Assembly: GCA_950097015.1 (NCBI GenBank)
Contig: CATNEN010000008.1
Span: forward strand, 372,001 to 436,000
DNA length: 64,000 bases
Source: Macrostomum hystrix
Lineage: Eukaryota; Animalia; Platyhelminthes
Reading direction: 5' to 3'
Shown here: positions 12,101-21,699 of the stretch, piece by piece
How positions within the stretch are numbered: the first letter of the stretch is position 1
How the letters are laid out: every line of letters starts with the position of its first letter
Notes under the pieces: generated by a model
The model's input: only the letters and a program-made list of their open reading frames with translations
Told to the model about the DNA's origin: nothing
Database searches by the model: none
Position numbers and translations under genes: made by a program

Positions 12101-15100
12101 GACTGATGCTTCTCGGCCTGCCACTACTCCTGCTAGCCGGCCTACCCATTGTCGGCCGTCTAGTCGCGTCACCGCCATCTTCCACGTCTAGTCGGGCGTC
12201 GTCGCGCAGTCGCGCATCGTCGATTTCGTCGGTCGCATCACAGAGCCGCGCCGGACGAGTCTATTCGAGCTCAATGAGCTCAGTGGAGTCGACTTGAGCT
12301 ATTTAACCTTTTTTTAATAAGACTCAACTCAGTGCTTTGCAGTACCGCATTTCTCTTGTGCTCATGTTAGCTGCAATTTTCTCTGTAAAATTCTTTGATT
12401 ATTTGAAACGCGTCAATATTTTTGGTATAAATTTTGGTTTAACCTTTCCATTTGTTAACTATTAGTGTTACTTTAAAAGCCATTGCCACCATTCTTTATT
12501 CTCTTATTCAACTATCACATGACATGTGCATCATTGATTACACTGGACTCTTCCAATCATTTGAAAAGCTTTTTCAAGTCTTCCATTGTAATGAATGAAA
12601 ATAATAATAAACTATTTCTGACTAATTAATTAGCGCGTAGAATAAAATACTTGAAATAATTGAATTTCTTGTGTTGCAAAATAGTCACTCATTTAGTGCG
12701 TGAATTCGGCTTGATCACGCAGCAGAGGCGTGGCAGCAGCTCATTATTTCGATAGGGCTCTGTTTATAATGTACTTGGTTATAGATTATAGATAGGTCCC
12801 TCATTACTCAGGTCGAGGATTGAGGTCTTGTAAGGACAAAAGGGTTTCTGCTGAATTTCTTAGCTGCACCAGATAGCCCCGTCTGGCTCACTTGCCTTGA
12901 CACTTGCGGACTGAAATGATTCTTATTTTTAGCACTTGGCGCAGAAGAAAAGTACATTTTCATAAACAGAAAAACACCAAACACCAGCGCTAAACAAAGC
13001 GTCAAATGCACTTGACTGTTTTCCTTAACCATACTGACAGATAAGACAGCTATTTCTTAGACAATTTCTGGCTGTGAAAACAGACGGAAATTTCCATAAT
13101 ATTGTTTTTCTAATCAGGATTTTACCTTCAAATCTACCTGACTGTATCACCTAAACACACCCTCGCACGTACCGGACAGTCACTTACCTCTCTGTCGGTC
13201 ATGAACGGCGTTCGAGCTGACGCCGCAGTGGACCGACCCGACCGCAGGGCCGACCTCGCTGTCGATATCCGCTCCTCCAGACTCTCGAGCTTCAGGTCTG
13301 TCAGCTGATCGGCTTGGCGCGACTCCTGCACAATGTTTATTGATTTTGATACTTATTGCGGCATAATTTTTCTGCTCAAAAAATTTCATCATCTGACCAT
13401 GTCGACTATGTGATAATATTGTTAATTATTACAAGGGGTGCTAGCTGGGATAGTGATCGTTTGGGTACTACTTTCTACAACACCCTCTAAATTGCCTAAA
13501 GCAGCAGTTAGCTTATAGAAAAACTATCAATGGTCTAGATGAGTGTGTACTTTTTTCTCTAGCACTTTTATTAGCTGAGTTATGGCCCCTCACGCGGTGA
13601 TCTCTATGGACATAAATTGCAATTTTCACCAGCTGCTGAAAGAAAATTTTTTAAAGCCACTAGGATTGGAGGGTCAGGGGTCAAACGGGGACACAACCGT
13701 TGTTCAAAAATCTCAAGCAAAAGAATGAAATGTCATCACAATCATCGCAATCCTCCTCCTAAAGTACTTGTAATTGTAAAATTGTATTGTGTTTTCTAGA
13801 TAAAAAAGTCCGAGCATCATCAACTGATTCTATACCATATTATCCTACTCTACTCTCACTCCAACCTCTCATTCTCTACAGATTGGGAGTACCATGTCGT
13901 ATTTTTTCGATTAAGTACCTCGAGCAACTCGGCGAGCTGCAGTTCCGCCTGCTCCGACTTTGGCCCAGCAGCGGCGGCAGCGGCGGCGGCGAAGGCAGCT
14001 ACTTCAGCCTCTCTTTCGGCTTCTGCTGCCTCTCGCGCCGCGGCAGCAGCCACCGCCTCAGCAGCCGCCTCCGCAGCCGCAGCATCAGCCTGACTGTCCT
14101 CCTCGAAGCCGTGAAACTCTTCGCCGCGTCGTTCGGCAAATCGGCGCATCAGCTGCTCAATTTGACGATCGGCCGCGGTCGGTGGCAACTTGCCGCCAGT
14201 CTCCTTCATGCTGCTGAGAATCTGGTTGATGCTGCGTGGTGCCATAGAGTTCGATGGCTGCGGTAACTCAGCGTGCTCTATCGTTATCGCCATCGCTCCT
14301 GTCGCTGCAACCGCCGCCGCTTCCTCGGGTGATTGCAACGGAGGCGGTGGATCACGCCTCGTCAGCTGGGCCAACGCGCGAGCTTCATCCAAGAGCGCCT
14401 CTTCAGTCCGGCCTTCGACGTCGGTGGTGGCGGCCACCGCATCGACATCCAGTCCAGTAGCTAACGATTTCGACATAATACGGTTCTTCTTTTTGTTCTT
14501 CTTCTGCTTGATGACGGGTGGCGGAAGCGGCTGCCGCTCAGTTTTTAATGCAACCGGAGCCTGACGGACCGCGCCTTGGCTGGCGATGATTGCCGGCGGA
14601 CGCGGCGGTGACGCTGCCAACTGCGGCGACCGCGGCGGAGCTGGCCTTAGTTCAGCGTCGTCTTCGACCTCGTCCTCGTCCTCGTTCTCGCGATCAGCGG
14701 TTGTAGGCCGGGTCGTCAGTCGATTCGCATCGGCCAGTGCGGCGATGCTGGCCGCAGCTGAAGGCGGCTGTGGCGCAGCCGGAGCTCTGGGCGAGAGCGC
14801 CGCTTTGCCAGCCAGCAGCACCTGCAAGTTGCCAGGTTTCTGCTGTTGCTGATGGGGCTGCAGCACCTGCTTTGGCTTCTTCGGTGGAGCATAGCCGGGG
14901 GCGAGTTTGCGCTCGATGTCGGCCATGAGGTCGGCCCTGCGAGCCCGGCCAACCCGGTCGGCCAGGATGGCGCTGCGGCCGCGCCAGTTCACGTCACGCC
15001 AGTCCTGATCGATGTCGCGGCGTTGGCGCCGATTTAAATTCATACGCAGACCGCCGCCGCCGGCACCGCTGCCAACACCGCCGACTGTGTCCAAGGGGTC

Positions 15101-15109
15101 AGCGGACAT
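150..15109 (-). CDS. TTC6: Large tetratricopeptide-repeat protein, TTC6-like; 3' end continues beyond the window start
   Basis: Hand-spliced exons: 15109-13919, 13325-13188, 10650-9788, 9671-~9542 (donor uncertain), 8446-8355, 8264-8042, 7963-7897, 6879-6706, 6530-6447, 5729-5192, 2232-1927, ~1750-1639 (acceptor uncertain), 1122-811, 437-327, 243-150. All other junctions are GT-AG and phase-compatible. The C-terminal exons are serial TPRs (e.g. AYKARAEIYRKKNDVTMAIINYGQAIKLNP) preceded by a WVTVVWDRWFDEVYPP motif that I recall from TTC6. Confidence 0.78.
473..745 (+). mobile_element. tRNA-derived SINE, family 1, 3'-truncated
   Basis: Head GGGGGTGAGTGGCAGAGCGG (A box), B-box-like GAGCTCGATTC, and a body shared with the other copies. 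Confidence 0.85.
1283..1620 (+). mobile_element. tRNA-derived SINE, family 1, full length
   Basis: A box TGGCAGAGTGG, B box GAGTTCGATTCC, AT-rich tail; 11-bp target-site duplication ATCGAAGCGGC at 1268-1278 and 1622-1632. Confidence 0.9.
1800..1855 (+). mobile_element. SINE family 1 fragment
   Basis: AAGGTCCCTGAGTTCAAATCTGTGGCGAGACCACATT matches the B-box region of the other copies. Confidence 0.7.
3165..3400. repeat. 34-bp minisatellite (GATTCCTGATCCGATTCTTTCTGATTCTAGCTTC), about 6.5 copies
   Basis: Direct tandem repetition in a TTC6-like intron. Confidence 0.95.
3845..5125. repeat. 20-bp minisatellite (CCCTACCATCACTGCTGACA), about 60 copies with variant units
   Basis: Direct tandem repetition in a TTC6-like intron. 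Confidence 0.97.
5740..6300. repeat. 32-35-bp G-rich minisatellite (GGCGCCCTGGTAGACCCGGGGAAGGGAGGAGGCGT)
   Basis: Direct tandem repetition; abuts the 3' splice site at 5730. Confidence 0.95.
8603..9495. repeat. 32-bp minisatellite (GGTCAGAAGGCGTTGCTTCTGAATGGGTTAGG), about 28 copies
   Basis: Direct tandem repetition in a TTC6-like intron. Confidence 0.97.
11446..11454 (+). promoter_or_regulatory. Candidate TATA box (TATAAAAGG) of the nested antisense gene
   Basis: Canonical TATA about 130 nt upstream of the ATG at 11578. Confidence 0.4.
11578..12297 (+). CDS. Putative 209-aa two-exon membrane-associated protein nested antisense in TTC6-like intron 2
   Basis: Exons 11578-11880 and 11971-12297; donor GGT/GTAAGT and acceptor TTTTAG join two ORF-track ORFs in phase 0; poly-Q tracts and two hydrophobic segments. 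Confidence 0.55.
12808..13032 (-). CDS. Possible 74-aa signal-anchor microprotein
   Basis: ORF MVKENSQVHLTLCLALVFGVFLFMKMYF...; the ATG lies 1 nt after a 3' splice site (TCTGTCAG/TATG). Confidence 0.3.
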   Translation of the reverse strand: MVKENSQVHLTLCLALVFGVFLFMKMYFSSAPSAKNKNHFSPQVSRQVSQTGLSGAAKKFSRNPFVLTRPQSST

Positions 15110-15596
15110 GGCTGAAAGGTAAAAATATTAAATGCTTAGTTTTTACTCAAAACTTTTGCACTGGCTGCCTGTAGTAGCACCTAAGAATTTTGATCTATAG
15201 AATACGCGAGCAAAATTTTTTTTCATTTTGCTTGGCATTCTCTTAAACTCACATTTTGGAAAAATAAATTGGTTCAAAATTACAGTGATAGAAATTTAAG
15301 AAAAATGAATAATTGTTCCATTTATTTTCACATGCGAGTTTCAATGTTCATCAGCAACTATTTTACATGCACAAATGTACTTTAAAACAGCTTGTTGCTA
15401 GTTATTCTGTTATATTCTCAAAAACTATTTGGAAAAATTCTGAAATGTTTGTGTATACACGCAAGGACACCTTTTGTTTTAAGTACCTAAGATTAGGTTC
15501 CAATTTAGTCTATGGCCTAATCATACTATGACCTTCACTCTTGACCTTGACTTCAAACTAAGCCCTTTAAATTTCGGAATCCAGGCCTCGGCTGGC

Positions 15597-18500
15597 TAGC
15601 CAGTGTGAAACTTCAGCTTGTTGCAGGCTGCCGCGAGACGCTGACAGAATCTACTGACGAACGCGCACCGAAACGGACCGTCTCGACGCAGCCGATCGTC
15701 TAAGAAGGTCGCCTGCTGAGAGATCTCCGTCAGGTCGAAGATTGGCAGGTACCTTGGCGAGGACAGGTTTATGTGAACTGTGAGTTATTTACAAGTAGGA
15801 GAATCACAATTGACGATTTCTTTCAAGTAGGGGAATCCCAATCGACGGTATTTCCAAGTAGGAGAATCCCAATCGACTGTATTTTCAAGTAAGAGGATAT
15901 TTCTAGACACGATATTTCTAGGTTGGGGAATCCAAGGCCGATATTTCCAGGTAGGGGAATCCAAGGACGATATTTCCAGGTAGGGGAATCCAAGGACGAT
16001 ATTTTTTAAGTTGGGGAATCCAAAGACGATAATTCCAAGTAGGGGAATACCACAGCTATGCTATTTACTAACAGGGGAATCTTTTTACGTCTTATGCAAC
16101 TAGGGAGATCCCTAGGCGTACTAACGGAAATCCCTTGTTACGAAAGCTCAGCAATAGTCTATGACTTTTGATACATTACAACCAAGCTGGTCCAAAGCTA
16201 AGACAAACATAGTTTGGCTCACTCATCACTGGCGTCTAGGCCTCGAATGAGATCTCGCGGCTGTAGCAGCAGGGCAGCGGCCGCGGCTTCAGCTTCAGCA
16301 GCCGCAGCAGCGGCCGCCTCGTCCAGCTGCTCGTCCTCCTCTTCTCCTGCCGGCTTGGCCTGCTTGATGGCGCTCCGGACGCAGATGTGGTTAAGTATTC
16401 GCAGAGTTTCGTCAATCTTGTGCCGCTTCAGTGTGCACAGATTGGCCAGCGAGTAGATCCACAAAGTGGCTAGTTTTGAATCGGTGCGCAGAAATGCTCC
16501 GGGCTGTCAGTTTAGATGGATTCGATTTTAACAAACTCAAGGACACTAGACCCACAGCCAGCAAGGAGGCGATTCTGCCCATTCCGCTGACTCCTGAGCA
16601 CACAAGCACACCACACTTATACTGCACGCAGGCACACACTCACAGAGGAGACAGGGTGTACATCTGCCATGACTTTTTCATAGTCAGGCAGTGTCCACTC
16701 TGCCTTGGAGTTCGGCCCTCAAGGGCGTAAATTTCACGGAAAGCCCCTAAAACTAGCTTCTCTCCGCGGCTGCTCCAAAACGAAGGTGGCCTCACCGCGG
16801 AATCGAGCTCAGGCACTTCCCTGTCTTTGGGATCGCCACTTTCCTGTATTTGGGATCGCCACTTTCCTGTATTTGAGATCGCCACTTTCCTGTATTTGGG
16901 ATCGCCACTTTCCTGTCTTTGGGATCACCACTTTCCTGTCTTTGGGATCGCCCCTTTCCTGTATTTGGGATCGCCACTTTCCTGTCTTTGGGATCGCCAC
17001 TTTCCTGTATTTGGGATCGCCACTTTCCTGTATTTGAGATCGCCACTTTCCTGTATTTGGGATCGCCACTTCCCTGTCTTTGGGATCGCCACTTTCCTGT
17101 CTCTGGGATCGCCACTTCCCTGTCTTCGGGATCGCCACTTTCCTGTCTCTGGGATCGCCAATTCCCTGTCTTTGGGATCGCCACTTTCCTGTATTTGGGA
17201 TCGCCACTTTCCTGTCTCTGGGATCGCCACTTTCCTATCTTTGGGATCGCCACTTCCCTGTCTTTGGGATCGCGACTTCCCTGTCTTTGGGATCACCACT
17301 TCCCTGTCTTTGGGATCGCCACTTTCCTGTCTTTGGGATCGCCACTTTCCTGTCTCTGGGATCGCCACTTCCCTGTCTTTGGGATCACCACTTCCCTGTC
17401 TTTGGGATCGCCACTTTCCTGTATTTGGGATCGCCACTTTCCTGTCTCTGGGATCGCCACTTTCCTGTATTTGAGATCGCCACTTTCCTGTATTTGGGAT
17501 CGCCACTTTCCTGTCTTTGGGATCACCACTTTCCTGTCTTTGGGATCGCCCCTTTCCTGTATTTGGGATCGCCACTTTCCTGTCTTTGGGATCGCCACTT
17601 TCCTGTATTTGGGATCGCCACTTTCCTGTATTTGAGATCGCCACTTTCCTGTATTTGGGATCGCCACTTCCCTGTCTTTGGGATCGCCACTTTCCTGTCT
17701 CTGGGATCGCCACTTCCCTGTCTTTGGGGTCTCCACTCGTACTGAAGGTATTCAAGCCATACCTGGTCTTCAGTCTCGGTCGAGTCTCTGCTCTCATCAG
17801 CCAAGTCCGGACGAGTCACGGGGCAAGCGGCCTCGGCGGAGGCCGGGCGGCCCATCAGGTCGGCCATGTCGGCAGACATTGACCAGACATTGGCAAGAGC
17901 TGGGCGACAGCTGTATGCTGGACAAATCAATGCTTCGTGGTCCAGCAGCTGGCGAAGTTTCTTCTCTCTGAAACGAAAATTCTGGACTTTGTCTATTAGA
18001 TCCGCCACTCCCCGGTCAATTAGATCCGCCACTCCGGTCAATTAGATCCGCCACTCCGGTCAATTAGATCCTCCACTCCTTGGTCAATTAGATCCTCCAC
18101 TCCTTGGTCAAATAGATCCTCCACTCCTTGGTCAATTAGATCCGCCACTCCTGTCAATTAGATCCTCCACTCCTTGGTCAATTAGATCCTCCACTCCTTG
18201 GTCAATTAGATCCGCCACTCCGATCAATTAGATCCGCCACTCCGGTCAATTAGATCCTCCACTCCTTGGTCAATTAGATCCTCCACTCCTTGGTCAATTA
18301 GATCCGCCACTCCTGTCAATTAGATCCTCCACTCCTTGGTCAATCAGATCCTTCACTCCTTGGTCAATCAGATCCTCCACTCCTTGGTCAATCAGATCCT
18401 TCACTCCTTGGTCAATTAGATCCTCCACTCCTTGGTCAATCAGATCCGCCACTCCCCAGTCAATTAGATCCGCCACTCCCCAGTCAATTAGATCCGCCAC

Positions 18501-21073
18501 TCCGGTCAATTAGATCCGCCACTCCTTGGTCAATTAGATCCTCCACTCCTTGGTCAATTAGATCCTCCACTCCTTGGTCAATTAGATCCTCCACTCCTTG
18601 GTCAATTAGATCCGCCACTCCCCAGTCAATTAGATCCGCGAGTCCTCAGTCTCACCTGAACCCAGTCACGAAGGAATATACGATGGTTCTCGGAGACAGG
18701 TGATCGCGAATCTCATCCGCCACAGTTGGCAGAGCTGCGGGCGGGCAGCACAGAAACAGCAGGTGTACTGAAGAGGCCACCTTGGCATTGTCGAATACGC
18801 AGGTTGCACCCTTGACTGTCAGATCCGCTGAAGTGAATGTGGTGTTTGATAACTAATTAACTTGTACTTTTTCATTTTTCCTACTCCTATGCCCTCTGCA
18901 AGAAACACCACCTGTTGCTCTTACAAGCCAGCTCAGGCCTTCGCGTTGAAATCTTTAACTCCTGCGGCAGCAGACCGGAGCCACGAAGCAGAAAATTGGC
19001 AAGCCGAGAGCCAAGCCGGCCGAATCCGATGATGCCTACTAGCAGGGGCTCCTTTGCCTGCGATGAGAGCAAGGACTGATTCTATTGGAGAACGCCTCAC
19101 TCGAACTTGATTTTAATTGGCTGAGTTTAGTCACGTGCTTGGTTTCCAGGATGGCTGAAAAGGGGTTTACCCCCACTAGTTCTTCTAAAAATAGCAACAG
19201 TCAGCCATCCCAAATCAGGCCGCTTTGTATAGCTTGATTGTTACGTTCTAAGAGTTTAAGTAGTCCTGTTGTGTACTTTTGCATTTGCTGTCCTACTTAT
19301 TCTACTTAGCTAAGCATCTAAGTAGCTGCTAAGTAGCTCATATGGATTGGTAAGTCACAAATTCATTGTTTACCTGCAAGTCTTTCAATAGTTTGTTGGA
19401 CAGCTTCTTGTCATTTGGGTGCAGCACCAGTAGACGGTTCTCTCTACAGGTGGATTTTAAATTATTTTATCAAAAGGTGTCATTTCAGTTCCATCGGTGA
19501 AAACTCATTCAATCAGAGGTAGGTATTCGCAATTTGGATAAAATTGATACTCGAATTGAAGCGAGTCAGACCCATTATCAGACCCTTATCAGACCCATTC
19601 TGCTGGTCGAAACTCAACTATTGGTAATTGTCTTCGGGTGTCTCATTATAATAATAACAATAATTGCAGGAGCAGTGCGAGCAGTGGCACATCATTTGAT
19701 GACACTAGACCTGCAGCCAGCGAGGAGGCAGTTCTGCCCATTTCGCTGACTCCTGAGCACACATGCACAAAGATACCGTACGCGGGCACACGCTCACACA
19801 GGTGTGTACATCTGCCCTGACTTTCTCATCGTCAGGCATCGTACACTCTCACTGTGCCTTGGAGGTTGGCCCTCAAGGGTGTAAATTGCACGACAAGCCC
19901 CCAAGCCTTCTCTCCGCGGCTGCGCCCCAAATAAATGTGGCCTCGCCGTGGAATCGAACTAGAGACCGTGGTGCGAGAGGCAAACTCGTTAACCGCTCTG
20001 CCACCGACCCCCTCGGGTGTCCAATAATGGTTGACACTAGTGCTACTATGACAAAACAATAATCGAATAACAAGCAAGGAAAAAAGCGATTTTCAATTTC
20101 TGCTTTGCTTCTATTGATGCCATTTTACTACATTGCAGTGTGCTGAAATTTAGTTTGTGTCTTTACCATTCTTTTCTTTGCGACAAAGCCTGGCGCATTA
20201 AAATGCTTTAACAATGTGAAAATGTGTTAATGAGGGACTCTAAAAGAAGTATATAGATTTTTTTATTTTACTTGACTGAGAGCAGGGTGACTGATAAATT
20301 GCTAAATATAACTTTAATTCCTTAAGTATATCTGAAGAACTTGATCTGCTATCAAAGCCCTATAAAAAACTTTAGGAACACAAAAACTGTTAAGAAGCAA
20401 AAAACTGCGATGCACAATAGAAAAAATGCCATATGAGGATTAAAATTAGTTAACCAATAATGTCAGATTAATGATAAAAGCTAAAAAGTTCCTTTTAGAC
20501 TCGGCTTGATGTGCTACCTAAATAAATTAAGGAATACAAAAACTACTAAATACAAAAAAGCACAAACATACACACCACAAAACAATGCATGTACCCATTC
20601 TGGTTACTAAAAATAGCATTTTTAAAAAGAATTTATGACTTCTGTGTATAAGTTAGACTAAGAGTTAGAATCTGCATTACAATCTGCGGATTATTAATAG
20701 TCAACCAAAAATGTCATAAATATAGGAAAACATGTTTTAGATTTTGCAGATATATGTTGCTAAAAAAGAAAAAAAATGGTATGACTTGAAAATAGCTAAA
20801 CACTTAAGTGACGAGAGCAGACAATATTTAGTAAAAGATACTAAAAAAATCATATCAATGAAATCATTTTTTAGATATGCACTTATTGCGATCGGCTTAC
20901 CGAAATTCATTTAAAGATGTGACGAAATATAAGGACTGAGCACATGCATAGTATAAAAGTGCGTGACATTTATATCGAAGATAATTTTCAGCATATTGTT
21001 CTTCTGTTAGTGCACTTTCGAATTGTACAGAGGGCAGATTTGCAGTTATGTCTGTTAAGTCAATGGTAGCCAT
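15597..21073 (-). CDS. NOXRED1: NADP-dependent oxidoreductase domain-containing protein 1 (pyrroline-5-carboxylate reductase-like)
   Basis: Exons 21073-20901, 19443-19374, 19057-18925, 18827-18656, 17967-17763, 16503-16223, 15752-15597, all phase-compatible. Motifs: DITANLPSVQFES, VGIIGFGRLG (Rossmann), LKISTRRPE, LLFLCCPP, YLPIFDLTEIS. Confidence 0.88.
15790..16110. repeat. Degenerate ~30-bp tandem repeat (CAAGTAGGGGAATCCAAGGACGATATTTC)
   Basis: About 10 diverged units in the last NOXRED1 intron. Confidence 0.8.
16540..16812 (-). mobile_element. SINE family 1, 5' head truncated
   Basis: Reverse-complement match to the 1283-1620 copy from the B box to the tail. Confidence 0.85.
16815..17725. 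repeat. 23-bp minisatellite (GGGATCGCCACTTTCCTGTATTT/CTTT), about 40 copies
   Basis: Direct tandem repetition in a NOXRED1 intron; accounts for the many overlapping repeat ORFs. Confidence 0.97.
17990..18640. repeat. 21-24-bp minisatellite (GGTCAATTAGATCCTCCACTCCTT)
   Basis: Direct tandem repetition filling almost the whole NOXRED1 intron 4. Confidence 0.97.
19643..20012 (-). mobile_element. SINE family 1, full length
   Basis: Head, body and (ATT)n tail; 9-bp target-site duplication TCGGGTGTC at 19634-19642 and 20013-20021. Confidence 0.92.
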
Positions 21074-21699
21074 GGTGAAAAATGAATAAAAAATTATAAG
21101 TTAAATTTTCACTAAGCGTTACCCACAACCATTCATGTTAACAAACAATTACAGATTGTTCAGACTACATTTTAAGCGCTAATTCAAACGTGAATGCGCT
21201 GTTATTTACTCCAAAGTCGTCAATAAATTTAACGCCGCTCTCTGGATTGAGTAGCTAGGCCAGTTCAGACTACACAAATATTTTATAGTTACAAGTGCTG
21301 CGTAATGAATTGCAATATCATTTATAATGACTTGCTGTGTATAAATGTATTCATTCAGTATCGACACCCTTGGTTTGTTGGCTTTGCCAAATTGCCATTG
21401 GCATTGGCAGTTTAACTTTGACTAGCAATAGGGAATAGCTAGCTTGCTATGCTAAAACTTATATCATATTCATAGTCATAGCTAAACTCACAGCTAGCAA
21501 GTGTTTAGAAATAAATTTTATACAAGTCTTTGTCTGCTTAAAATTAAATAAAATGTTTCTGTACAATATAAATACATAAATTATATGATTTTTTAATGAA
21601 GTGAAAAAGCATGGCATATAAAAGTTTTAGTTAAATTAGTGCTTATTTGCCACAGTACTATGCAACGAATTTGCTGACTAGTGCTATGGTACCATAGGC

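Noticed and set aside
9784-15109. ORFs 13856-15109 and 9784-10698 as separate genes
   Set aside because: Phase-compatible splice sites join them into the TTC6-like gene.
16219-16221. NOXRED1 ending at the ORF-track stop
   Set aside because: A donor at 16222 splices to a further exon (15752-15597) encoding the conserved YLPIFDLT segment.
16792-17797. Many long overlapping ORFs (up to 290 aa) on both strands
   Set aside because: They are translations of a stop-free 23-bp intronic minisatellite; NOXRED1 splices cleanly across it.
19545-19600. SLQFEY peptide on the minus strand resembling the NOXRED1 N-terminus
   Set aside because: It is flanked by stops and lies in intron 1; the true N-terminal exon (DITANLPSVQFES) is at 21073-20901.
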